NCBI RefSeq assembly: GCF_000150275.1
Contig: NW_002060953.1
Location: 717,693 to 781,692 of the forward strand
Origin: Trichoplax adhaerens
Lineage: Eukaryota; Animalia; Placozoa
Reading direction: 5' to 3'
DNA length: 64,000 bases
This document shows positions 1 to 13,700 of the stretch, piece by piece. Made by a program: the position numbers and the translations under genes. The notes under the pieces are model-generated. The model made no database searches and was not told the DNA's origin. It saw nothing but the letters and a program-made list of their open reading frames with translations. Numbering within the stretch: position 1 is the first letter of the stretch; each line of letters starts with the position of its first letter.

Positions 1-9
1 CGCTTCGAG

Positions 10-3000
10 TCATATTAATTGTCGTACTTTAGTATTATTGACATAAGAAGTCAAGTAGACATTTAATGTCTGTACATTGGATCCCCACATGTAATACCAC
101 CAACTATAGCAAGTCCTACCAGTTGGACTAGCTTTAGGTCCTTGTAGAACTGCAGTAGCGTTAGCAGTAGATAATGTCCTGACAGAAACATAAGAACCTG
201 CAGTACCTTTATGATCCGCCTTGGGGCCATAAGTAACCGTAGCACCAGCTTTCGTTAATGTCCAGTTATAATTGGATGAGCTTGCTTGTGTAAATCGACA
301 GTAGGATTGATTGAAATCGCAACCATATTCACCAGCAGGGAAAGTTGGAAGTGGAGTTGGAACAGATGTTGGCAGCACAGTACCAGTGCAAGCACCTCCT
401 GTCAAGGTGATGTCATCAATTGCAATGTCACCAGAAAATGTTACACCACGCTTGCCTTCGATAATGATATTATAAGGAGCAAAACTGCTAATTGTAGCTT
501 TGCCATTCTTCCATTGATTACCTTGAGGGCCATTTAAGTGTCCAATAAGTATTTTATTCTCTCCCTGATCGACGTATACCGACAATGATCCAACAGCTGC
601 TCCACTCATATGGTACCAAAAACTGAAGCAACGGGAAGTTGTTGGTGGGAATTTTTGACTAATCAAGCGTGCAACATCACCTTGTTGTTGACTAGAAGCT
701 TCAAGGTAGAGATAAGTGCCATATCGATTGCCTAAGGTATGATCACTTGTTGGGCCAGTATTAAATGATGGTGTACTTCCTCGTCCTTGAATCCAATCAA
801 ATTGATCGGTATTTCGATCATTAATCCATGTGCACAAGCCGTTTTCAAAATTGCAATTTCCTGGTGTCTGGCATGGGACATTGCTGATATCCACATCGTC
901 AATGGCGATATCACCAAGGTAGCCTTGACCAACAGTTCCTTCAATCACTACTCTAAACGGCATATTACTATCGAGCGGCACCTGACCTGGCAACCACCTT
1001 TCTCCATTATTACCTGATTCTGTCCATATAGGCTGGCTAATAATGTTATTTTTAATGATATAAACTGATAAACTACCAACCGTTTGGCCAAACATAAAAT
1101 ACCAGAAATTTAAACATTTTGGTCGAGCAATAGTTGGTGAAATTTCTGGACTAATAATGCGTGCTCGATCATCTGGACGTCTTGGCAATGAAGTTTCGAT
1201 ATACAAATATTTCCCTAGGGCAGTACCAGTTGTATGATCCGTCCTTGGGCCAGTTTGATCGCTTGGTGTATTACCACTACCTAATGTCCAATTGAATTGA
1301 TCATTTGTAATTTGCCGCCATCCACACAAGTCATTCTGAAAAGTGCAAACGTCTTGTACAGGGCATGTAGTATTACTAATAGTGATATCATCGATAGCGA
1401 TATCTCCGCGATAGTCCCTACCAGCTACACCTTCGATAATAAATTGGAACGAAGTCGAACTTTGATAGGGAATAGCTGTATACTTCCAATCAAGTCCTTG
1501 TTCTCCTCCTCTAGTCCATAGAAGAACAGACCTGCTTTCGCTTACTGATCGAGTATAGATATTTAGTAGGAAAACGGATGCTCCATGCATATTATACCAT
1601 AATATCATGCAATAATTTTGTAGGTTGGATGTTAGCGCGTTAATAACAGGACTAACAAGTTTTGCATTATCATTTAAACGGCGTGGGAATGATGTCTCTA
1701 TATACATGTAGTAGCCAGTGCCAGAATGATCTGTAGATGGTCCAGTATCAAAGCTTGGTGTTGGGCCATCATTACGAGTCCAATTGAAGATATCATTGGT
1801 TGATTGCATCCAGCCACATGTGCCATTGTCAAAGTTGCATCCATACCCGGTAGAAATGGTTGTCGGTGTTGGTGGAAGGACTGTTGGAATATTACTTCCT
1901 TGGCAAGGTCCATTCATCAGCATGATGTCATCAAGAGCAACATAGCCAGAGCTTGCCACTCCAAGTACACCATCGAAAACAATTTTATACTGGAAGGAAC
2001 TGTGAACGTTAACAGACGCCATTTGCCATCCATTGGTTTGATAAATACCTTGTAATTGTCCAACAGGATGATCTGTCGAACCTGTTCTGAGATTCACTGT
2101 TAAAACAAATGATGATGCATTGTTAAACCAATAGTAAAAGGTTAAACACATTCCTTGGGTTGGTGGAAGAGTAGCTCTGCTGATTAATCTAGCATGTTGA
2201 CCAGCTGTTGCAAATGCTTGATCAACAACCATATAACTACCCGATGATGTATTGAATGTATGATCTCTTGGTGGTCCCTTATATACGGTGTTAGTACTTG
2301 GTTTGCCAAGAATCCAATTATAATTATTATTAGCATCATTAACCCATGATTTTCGGCATAACGATGATTCAAAATTGCAATTAGCTGGAGGTGGACATGG
2401 CCCAGAATTATCGATTAAAATATCATCTAATGCCATATCACCTCGGAAGCCTATTCCAACGATACCTTCGTAGACAATCCTATAAGTCATGTTGGAATTA
2501 ATGGTGACACTACCGTATATCCATTTATCGCCAAAGTTGGTGCCACGGCTCCAGATTGCATTGCCAAGTTGATTATTTTGCTTAATATAGATATTGAGTT
2601 GGCCAATATGGGCACCATACATGTGATACCAAAATGTTAAGCATTCACCATTGGATGGGGTTGGGGGATAGAACGGACTTTGTAATCGTGCTTTCTGTCC
2701 AGCAATATATGGACGTGAAGTTTCGACATAGGCATACCAACCTCGTGGGGATAATGTGGTATGATCGATGGATGGGCCTGTAAAATTGGATGATGTTGAT
2801 CCTCTTGTTCGATACCAAGGTATATCGGATTCAGGTGCTGTAAACCATCCACAACTACCACTCTGGAAGTCGCACATTTTAGAGGGAGCGCAAAATCCAG
2901 GGGTAAATTTAATATCATCGATTGCAATATCTCCGTAATAATTGCTATTGATGCTAGCCACAAATTTGGTATGAAATGGCCTAGAACTTGATACAGTAAC

Positions 3001-6000
3001 TTGTCCATGTCTCCATAAATTGCCTTGTGAGCCGCTTCTTTGAAAAATGAGGGTATCTTGCGTTGCATGGCCATAAACTTGTAATGTACCTACACTTGGT
3101 CCATACATATGATAGTAAAAGCTCATGCATAACGCAGTAGTTGGAGTAATCGTTGGCCCTTGTACAACGGCAGTTGCATTGACTGGATAGGATTTATTCG
3201 GTACATACAAATAAAAGCCTAGAGTTACGGGAAAAGAAAGAAGACATTATTGGACATTCATTTTTTGGAAATAGCTCAAGACGTATTGGCATTGGTGATG
3301 ACTACTCCAAGGAGAATATAGAACTTGGCTATAACATGGATAGATTAAAAATTTACCTGAACCCGTAGTATGATCATTGGAGGGCCCTGTAGAAGTAAGC
3401 GATCCACGTGTTCTAACCCACTGGGCTGTTGTATTTTTAAGGAGAGACCAGTAACATGTTCCGGAAGTAAAGCTGCAACCCCAGCTATTCGTGGGTGGAG
3501 CGACAGGAGAAATAGAAGGAGCAGGTAATGTAGATCCTGAACAATTGCCAAAGTTAAATTGCAAATCATCAATAGCGAATGTCCCTTGAGTGCCAGCAGC
3601 TACTACAGCTTCGATAATAATTTGATATTCTGCTAAGGCAGTAATGCTTACTTGACCCATTGTCCATGAACTAGTTCCATTTTGTACTTGGCCAACAATT
3701 TTAGTGATTGGAGTGCCTGTATACAGCTCTTGTAAGTAGACATTGAGCATGGGAGAATTACCATACATTTGATAGGAAAAGGTAAAGCATGATGCAGCTG
3801 TTGGAGATTGTTCATCGCTTATATAGCGTGCTGATGAATTTTGGCTCATAGACGCTGTCATATTGACCACTGCATATTGGCCGGAAGATGTACCTCCATT
3901 CGTATTATCTAATGTCGGTCCAGCAAATGTTGAGCCAAGGAATGCTGGTATGACTGTCCATTTGTCAGTCACTTGGCTAGCAGCATTAATCCATGTACAA
4001 AGCGATGAGAAGGTACAAACATTAGATGATGGGCATGAACCACTGACTAATGAGATATCGTCGAAAGCCATATCTCCAGCGAATCCATTTCCAACCGTAC
4101 CTTCAATGACCATATTAAATGGTTTACCTGCACTATTGACGGTGGCTTGACCAAATCGCCATACATCTCCACGTGTACCCATTCTCGTCCATATGGGCAT
4201 GCCAATATTATTGTCGACCTTGACGTAGACATTGAAACTACCTACTTCTCGGCCAAGCATATGATACCAAAATGAGAAGCAACTATTACCATTGGTAGCT
4301 GGATATTGTGGACTTTGAAAGCGTGCTTTCTCATTCAGGAAAGAAATGGCTGACCAAAAGTACATGAAATGGCCAGTAGCAGTTCCAAGAGTATGATCAT
4401 ATTTTGGTCCAGTTTGGCTATGGACGATATTAAAATCACTTGTAGCTCGAATCCAGAAGAAAGTAACATCAAATGTATTGACCCATCCACAACTACTTCC
4501 TTCGAAATCACAAGTGATAGCAGGTGGACAATTAGAATGCAATAGAACTCGAATATCATCGATGGCAACGATCCCCGTATAGCCTTGATTGACCGTTGCT
4601 ACAAAGGAAATATTATAAGGATTGTCATTAATGACAGAAACTTGAGCATGGCTCCATCCATAGCCCACCGATGCTGTCCTTGACCATAGCAACGTCGAGG
4701 TATTCGTCGTTTGAGAACGAGCTTGTAAGCTAACAATATTTTCTCCAATCATTTGATACCAAAATTCTAAGCATATGTGAGATGTGGATGGCACTGAGAC
4801 AGCGCTAATAATGCTTGCGGAATAAGCCATATTCTGCAATCGTGGCACATAGAGGTAATGACCTAAAAGATGAACAGAGAAATGACTTAAGCTTCACGGT
4901 CATGGAAGAAGCAAGATCGTATGTTGACATGGTTCAATTTTTTCCTTGCAAAAGTAGACGAAGAAATTGAAATTGCAATTAAGTAAGCAATTTATCCTTA
5001 CCATCAAGTGATCCTAGTGTATGATCCTTAACCACAACATTATTTTTCGTTCCATTTCCTCGTGCCCACAAGACAGTATTGTTCAGACTCGCATCCCAAT
5101 TGCATAGACCAGTCTCGAAGGTGCAATCAAATGGACTTGGACCTGGGGTAGCCGTGGGTGCTATTGATGAAGAAATGATATTTGCAGTACAGTTACCAGC
5201 ATTGAAAGTGATATCATCAACAGCGATATCTCCAGTAAAAGCTCGGCCCATGGTAGCTTGGAAGATGATTCTATAGTAATTATCAGTTTGAATGAAAACT
5301 TGGCCATTTACCCACATTTTTCCATGATTGCCAGAAATAGCGCCTAATGTCATTAAGCTTAGATTGTTATTGTTACTATCAAATTCTTGCATCAGGACAC
5401 TTAAAGTATTCACGGTGGCACCATACATGTAATAGTAGAAGGATAGGCATCTTCCAGTATTTGAATCGAATTTTTCGCTAACATACCAGGCTTTTTCTCC
5501 AGCTTGACCAGCATTAGAAGCTTCAAAGTAGAGATAGTGGCCAGCTGGTGTTCCTAAGGTGTGATCATTTGTAGGGCCAGTGAAGGAACTAGGAGTTCCT
5601 CCGCTATTAATTATCCAGTCGAACTGATCGCCGACTTGAGTATTAGACCATGAGCAATATCCTTCAAAATTACACGACCCTGCAACCGGGCATTTACCAG
5701 TTAAGAAACGTATGTCATCAATAGCGATATCACCGAAAGTTCCAGCTCCGACGACAGCTTCAAAGATGATCTGATAGGGTGCATTTGGATTGATAATAGT
5801 GGCCCAGCCAAGATTCCAAATATTACCTTGATTGGTAGTTTTTTCAAAAATAGTATCCCTGGTAACACCGTTACTTCTGATTTTCACTTCAATTGCACCG
5901 GATAGATTGCCATATAAGTGATAGAAAAATTCTAAGCATGTTCCATTAGCTGGAGTTGCAGCATAAGTATCACTAATAACTTGAGTTCTCATTCCAGGTG

Positions 6001-9000
6001 TTGGATCCATAGTACTGGCATACATATAGTGTCCTAGATTGAAAGTCAATGAGGACAGACTAATTTTAATTTTACTCGTGCATTTAAGAAGTTTATATGA
6101 TTCAAAAATGATATCGAATAGAGTAATAAACAGATGACAGTTCTATCATAATGGATAGGGTAAGATAAAACAAAAATAAACTATTACATTATAGAATGCC
6201 ATCATGTTTAACTATCTATTGCTATATTTTTAACGTAGCCATATTATAACGTGATTTTTTATGTCTCATTGAGTTATTTGTCATTATTTCTTTGCAAATA
6301 AGATGATTGAAAAAGGTCATTATTAAATTACCTGCTGCTGTTAAAGTTGTATGATCAGTAGCTGGGCCAGTTCCATTGAATGAATTGCCACCATTTCCAA
6401 TAGTCCAAACAAATTTAGGATTATTGGTTAAATCTGCGTATCCACAAAGTCCTCCCTCGAAATCACAGTAATCTGGTAAAGTTTTATGGTTAGTAGCTTG
6501 TTTCAATTTATAATCGAAATAAGGCAAAATATTAAAGACCTTTATTGATAGAACTAGTATGTACTACCTAACTATCTTAATAGATATTATACCTGAGTAT
6601 GGACAATCTAAAGGTGCCAGAAAAATATCATCCAGGGATATGTCCCCTCTGAAACTTGTTCCTGTCGTCCCTTTAAAGGAAATCTATGAAATAGAATATA
6701 TAGTGAGAAATTTAAATGAATTAGTGTTACATCACAAAATAATCATGCTATAGCTTGTAATCATCTTAAGTCATGAATTGAATGTTAGAACTGTTTAATA
6801 GCAGATCTACTAACAGTAATATTTTGTGGTGTATTTAAGGTAATAGCTGCTGGTCTCCAAGCATTGCCTTGTGTTCCAAAGCGTTGCCATATTACATTTT
6901 GTTGGCCTCCCATAAGGTCAGTAGTTAAGACCTGCAAGTTATTAATATCTTGTCCAAACATATGATACCAAAACTTGAAGCAAACATTAGTATTGGAATT
7001 GATGGTTGGGCTGACTAGGATAGCCGTTTCGTTAACAAGGCGGGGAAACGAAGTTTCGATGTAGATATAGTAGCCTAATATCATCAAAATTGAAGTTTAG
7101 AATGTATGATTTACTAAATTGACGCTTTATATGATGTCATGTGTTTCTAAATTTCCAGTCGGAAGTTGCTATTGGTTTCTATTAGTAAATTTTTGTTTTT
7201 ACTTCAAAGACTGCAATTCTGGCCTTACTGGATGGAAGCAAGGAATAAAGATGTTTATTACTTCATATTATTTGAAATTCTATGTACAGAGAGTCGCCTG
7301 TTCTGTCATTAATATTATTTTAAAATTAAGTTTGATCATATCTATGCATAGTAGATAATATAGGTTGCTTAATTGATGAATGTTAACTCAAATAGTTTCA
7401 AGTTCTAAACTAATTTAGCGGTAATATCCGTCGTTATTTTTCAGTATTTCGCATGCAGTTGCCCTATAATTGAGCCGCAGTGAAGGAAATCCACAAAATA
7501 TCGACATTATTGCATAAATCTGAACGAAAGATTTGATCTTGATATGCATAATTGGCTATAATTTTAATCAATCTATTGTGGTTATGATTGATTTCGCTGA
7601 ATGTAGCATCCAAGTAGGTCTATTTCGGAATTAGGTTATGTTATAATATCAAATCGATGGTTGAATCTTACCTGTTCCAGTCGTATGATCGCCAACTGGT
7701 CCAGTACCAACACTAGGACTTCTTGAATTGGTACGAGTCCAGTTAAAATTATCGTTTAAACTTTGTTTCCAAGCACAGAATCCATTTTCAAAATTGCAGT
7801 CTAGATTCGATTCTATGATTGGCTGTGCCACTGAAATGGCAACTAAAAAGGATAATAGCAGCATTTATAAGAGTCATTTTCTTGAAATTTTTAAGTCTAG
7901 CGACACTTTTTGCTCGATAAAGAGGTTAGTGCATTTTAGGATAACTTAGCAATTGAAATAGTCAATGTTTGAAACTAAATATGGTGAGAATTTTAGTAAG
8001 TTTTTTCAATTATAAATTCAATAGCCAGCTATTACATGGTTACGAGCATATTTGAATCCATTGCAGAAATGTATCTATAGCTGTTAGATTAGTAGCGGTG
8101 AATACTTTACAGCGGCCTTTACAAGTGGGATCTTCCATATTCAACATCAAATTATACAATACACCAAAAAATAATTATAATAGTAATAATAATAAGTAAG
8201 TATTATTCAAGAGAGCTTATGTCTATTTATCTCACTCAAGAAGTATTGCATACAATATACGTCGCTTTTGTTATACTTTTATAATCAACTGTTATGGAAA
8301 TGAGATTCTACACGTGATAGGATCATGGCTTGAACTATTTATTGTCGGATGTTTTTGTCTAAAATTTCTTCTTTTATTAGAATTAGATGTAATGAAGCTC
8401 TTTACTGCTTATTCTATACAAGGATATTGACATAAGGAGTTACTAATATGCAGTACTCAATCTGGCATGAGACTATATCCAAAGTGCGATTCTATTCAGA
8501 CGACAGCAGCTGTATAGTGTTTTAGAATGTTAAAAATGTGATCGATAGGATTGCAAGCATGGCAAAGTGTTGAAATTTCAGTCCATTAAACGAGTGTTAT
8601 TAGGCAAAGTAATCAACCAGTAGAAGTAGTATAGTGAATTATAACTGTATAAATACTGTATAATATACTTTCCATAGCCAAAGACTCGAACACTGTCATG
8701 AAAAAAGCTGGAAAAATGATTTGTCAGCATTCTAAATATGTAAAATTGTCATAGTCACTGAAACTCGAATAACTGAATTTGTAAAACTATTACACATTTC
8801 CCAAAGCTATTCGATTTCAAAGTTATACATGATATAGGGCTGCCAGGTTTCCTAACTTCTTTTATCAATGAAGTCGCAGAGTCGAACAAATTACTAGTAT
8901 AAATACCGGTACCTTTCAGTTTGATGTTTAGGAAACTACTGCTATTAGAATTAATAGACCAGAAATAATGTTTAAATGCAATATGTTGTTTTCTCGATAT

Positions 9001-10718
9001 ATGTCTAAAATATAGAGTAAAGAGGAGTCTAAAAATGGAAATTTTTAAAAATGATACTATTAGTGTATTCATACAGAAAAAAATGGTGTCCGCAACATGT
9101 TCTCTTCTCTATACGATTATGTCGTAAAATATAGAGAAGAGAGGAGCCTAATGATGGAAATTCTAAAAATGATACCATTAGTGTATCCAGAAAGAAACAG
9201 ATAATCGACTACATTTTAAATATAAGTTTATACATGGACTTCTACGCATTGTCTGTAAGATAGCCCATAAAAGTAAAGAGCTACAGGCTAGGTAACAGTC
9301 ATTGCCTAGAAAATTGGTGACATTTTTCGGATAATTAAATTGTTCATCTCACGATTAGTCAAGTTAATGGAAAAATCAAACGAGTTATAATCGCTGCTGA
9401 AGTCCTTGAATCAAACTTTTATGGCTCTACTTTTATAATTCCTGTGCAACACTCTTTGGATCAATCTCTAATGCTTGCAATCGCGTAGAATAAAGACAGC
9501 AAGTTCATTAATATTGTTAATATTATAATTAGTGACTAAATCTAAATTACTCTGTAAATTGAATGCTTGGCAATGATGGTTTGTACATTGTATTACTTGG
9601 TGTGAGCAATTTATTTTAAACCACAGGAACAACTCTTGTTAGATATGGCTATTACGAGGACAAGGGAGGTAGATTAGGACATAATCATTCAATAAGAAAC
9701 TATTATGACGTAAGCAATCTATATCTCTTAACTGATTTACTTTACTTTAGCTGCATAAGTAAACTTAACTAAAGATTCAACTAATTTAGGAGCAAGCTTA
9801 CGGTTAAACCGTATTTCCAGTTCTTTCTAGCTCTATTCAACTAAACCGAAGCCTATGCTGTAGTAAATTTTATCGTTTACTGGTTTAACAACAGGAAAAT
9901 AGCTTATTTACAAGCAATAGAGTAACGTGAAGATTTAATTTCGGCATGGTGGAGATAGATATTCTTTTTCCTTTATTCTTATCTATATTTTTTTTAATAA
10001 CTAGATTAGTTAATAGTAAATATCCTAATTTGTAGATAAAAATAGTGTGGATGATAGTATCAGTTAGGCTTAATTTTTCTATAAACTCTTAATTAAATCA
10101 TCATTTAGATACGTGCTAAGCATAAAGTTATATAAGAGTACTATCAAAGGCGTGGTAAGCCAATTACAATTGTGGCATAATTACAGTATTTAGAAAGATA
10201 GATCAGCTTGAAATTAAGCAAAGTTATGATGGAATTTGCATAGAACAAATTCTGAAAGGCAGATATAGCTATAGAAGTAAAGAAATACTGCAATAAATAA
10301 ATATGATATTTTATTTGGCGTCTAGCAAGTTACTCACTGTTTAAGTGTATAGATAAGATGGTACATAAAAGTTATGACAGACGATAAAATTAAAAGGGTA
10401 TGCTACCACTAAGGAGCAATAGCTATTTGAGCGGCATCCATAGAGATGTCAATTTAGAAAATGTATCACAAATATTGAGATAATATACGAGAAAAAGCTA
10501 TGGCATTGTCAAAGACAGTATGATTCAATTTTTTACCAAAGAAACGATTAAAAGAAAATTTGGTGTCATGGGTGGAAGAGTGCTAGAAAAGTAACTTGTG
10601 CTTCAATTAGTTCTCACGTCATGTTACTCTAGCATAGATAATACTACAATCTTCTTTAGTACTTACCAATAAGTGAGCTAAGTAATAGCAGCAAATTGAG
10701 TTGATGATAGATTGCCAT
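10..10718 (-). CDS. Gene A: large secreted/cell-surface multi-MAM-domain protein (MALRD1/MAMDC-like, >=13 MAM domains, no LDLa in window); 3' end truncated by a stop/frameshift or continuing beyond the window
   Basis: Hand-built exons, all GT-AG and in frame: 10718-10667 (signal peptide [17 protein letters not shown]), 7842-7672 (an alternative acceptor at 7830 is also in phase), 7074-6815, 6683-6593, 6472-6332, 6033-5002, 4862-3357, 3218-10. Repeated MAM signatures CxFE/D..C.W, GP..DHT.G, C..F.YHM.G and GDIAIDD. About 2,150 aa up to the TGA at 10-12. Confidence 0.88.
8980..9190. repeat. Two-copy degenerate direct repeat (~118-bp period) in gene A intron 1
   Basis: aaaatatagag..agaggag.ctaa..atggaaatt.taaaaatgatac.attagtgtat occurs at ~9005-9070 and ~9125-9190. 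Confidence 0.75.
10667..10718 (-). other. Gene A first coding exon (signal peptide)
   Basis: ccATGG start, [18 protein letters not shown]|gtaagt, phase 1. Joins exon 2 to give ...[10 protein letters not shown]. Confidence 0.8.
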
Positions 10719-13700
10719 GGCTTGGTTAAAGGTAAAAGTGGAACCTTTTTGCCATGCAATATATTACTAAAAGTATTCAATTTACTTTTTGCTAAGTAGA
10801 ATTTGCTACCTCAAGTTGGATAGAAATTCTAGCAACTAATTCAACTAGAGAAGATCAATAGGATTGCCCTCTGTTCTAGAATATGCTAATTAGCGGCAAT
10901 AGGTCTATTTTACGGCAAAATGGAGGATGGTACAGACAGGTAGAATTCTATACTATCTTATATCTATTGTTACTCAATTAGCTGTTAATGATTGGTGTAT
11001 CAAAATCTTATGGACCCTTCCCAATCTTTCTTAATTTAGAAAGCACATTATCTCTATTAATAATAGTAAATCGTAAACAATCTTTAGTCTATTGTGAACA
11101 ATATTATATCATTTAATAAAATTGTTTACGACCCCTGGTAATATATTCTGATGATAGAATATGTAATTACTAGTAGACCGTAATGCATAAGTTGAATGCG
11201 GACAAATAAAATGAATTATTACATTACAAGAGACTTTGCGTAATTAACTTTCTATGGCTGAAATTAATACTTGATCTCTTCCGCATTACTTGTAATATTC
11301 ATGCAAAAGAGCTAAAAAAATAATGACTAGTATACTGTGGAAAGGCGATCTTCATGAAAATTGGTATTAAGATAAGGTAGAGATTGTCTTTCACTCTAGA
11401 GAATTAGTCTATCTTATTCCATATTATTTGCAAATAATTCGCAAAAATATTCCACTCTGACAGAAACTATTATCGATCTGTGTTACCACGCGGCTGACTC
11501 ATTAATTACATTGATTATGATTTGTAATATACCGCTGCTCTAGTTGTCTTAACGATATGTACTTTAATCACTATTAGAAGCTGTGTTAATGAAACCACTG
11601 TTATTATAATGAAGAATAAAGTTTATACATATGATAATTACGGCTAAATGAATTATTAGGTCAAATGTTGATGTCCATCAACAATTCAACAATTATGTTG
11701 CAGTTTTTGACATTTGCTTATGTCAATAATACTCTAATATTTCCTATAATCATTCAAGTGGCTCCTCCTACCATGCTCCCGCTTCTTAAATAGCCGACTT
11801 GTCAGTAAATTAGGACGATAAAGGCGGTAATTTCAGCTAATGACATGTTTCAGTAGTAAACTTTCGATCCTTATGTGGGATATTTCCCTATCTTTATGCT
11901 CAGTAAAGTTATAGTTCTAATTCTTAAACTCAATTCAAAATTGCCATCGTTGTGTAATTCAATATACGATTTAAGAAAGCTCATATTCGAAGATAACAAA
12001 ATTGCCCCATAAAAAATACCATGAATGAATTTAAGCTGAGCTAACGTGGAATAGAATCCAATAAAAGCCTGTCACGTAGACCTTGCTTCTAGAATTAGAT
12101 CATTATATAACTGATTACTTGATTATGCTTATGCAGAGTTCATCGGCAGCATATGTAGATTTAAATAACAGTAGGTATACCTTGGGACATGCGATAGTAC
12201 TCTAGAAAATACACATATACATAGCATTGACGTAGCATGGCTTATAATAAAGTTGAAATTAGAGGCAATGCTGAATCAAATCCAGTTCTTAATCTTTGCA
12301 AATACCTGTATTCTGAAAGTACCGTAATTTACATTGGCCTTGATTTAATTATATCGTAGACAAGGTAATATAACACTGTCATTATTTATGTTAGTTCAAG
12401 AAATAATATATAATACCCAGTTAACTATTAAACTATCAATTCCCATCATGAAGTACAGAGTAAATTACGAATTAGGACGAGAATTAAAACTACAGTTAAA
12501 GTTGTTGCTTCATTCTTCTTTCAATCTTCAGATGTTATGCATGATTATAAATTAATTTTTTAACCTCCTCGTCAACATACTTATATGATGTACAGGCTAT
12601 ACTACTTACGAGTAGACCTGATCATTACCTATAAAGTAGAATGATAGCTTACAAAAAATTGTCTTATTTTTTATTATTAATAGTAAGACTCTTCAAAAAA
12701 ATAATTTGTAATTTGGCTGACAATTCTGGCTAGACAACACTTAGAATATGTAATTTCAGGTCTGAACTTTGACTCTATCAAGGCCAAATATGCAGGAACT
12801 TTATGTCTATAATAAGATGACATTGATATCTGTTCATGAACCTTAATTACGATAGTAACATTTATATCAATTTCTAGTATCCAATTTCCCCCTCCCCTTT
12901 AGGTCTTAAGGTTAAAAGTGTAAATTATAGACAAGTAATAAAAGCGGAATAGTGATTTGGTAACAATCGTAATTGAAAGTGAAGAATCTAGAGATGCAAA
13001 GCTTTCGTACAAAGTTTATCTAATATAAATTCTACGCTTACATATAAATGAAAGTTTGAGCTATAACCACAAGATTTATATGGATTACTAATTACCTTCG
13101 AGTTGTTTTTATCCCTTCGAAAATAGCCGCATAACACAAGTATGAATGAGCTAGAATCGCAATTTGATAATAATTATAATTTAAATCCAAAAATCTAAAG
13201 ATGCTGAAATGCCGTTCAATACTCGTATAGTCGAATAAAAGTTAAGATGATGGTTTAAATTGTAATAAAGAGTCTAAAAGATATAAAAATGATATAGAAT
13301 AGATAGAGAAGACTTCTTCTCTATCTTAAAATTTATCATGTGTAGTGCTGATCTCCTTTGCTAATTATGATAAGATAGCTAAGACGACGGCATTAATCAG
13401 CATTACGGTAGTATTGTAATGTCAATTTTTGGCTTTCAGATCTTAATTATTATACAGTAAATGGACAAATATTAATTTAAAAGGCAGAATCTAAGAGACA
13501 AAACTATATGATAAAGTACAGAACGTGTATCTAATGCAAGTTATACAGAAATGTTGCCTGTCTTGTTTTTGTTTTCTTATATATCTTTTAAATATGAGTA
13601 TAGTATTAATAAAAAATCCATCTTGTGATAAGAAACGATCTTTAATAATTTAGATTTTTAAGCAACAATTCTAGAAAATGAATAAATAAATTGTTTAAAT

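Noticed and set aside
7649-7864. ORF start [15 protein letters not shown] as the true N-terminus of gene A
   Set aside because: It is signal-like, but LLLSFL is the polypyrimidine tract of an acceptor (ctttttag). A proper phase-1 signal exon matching the B/C layout exists at 10667-10718. It is not fully excluded as an alternative start.
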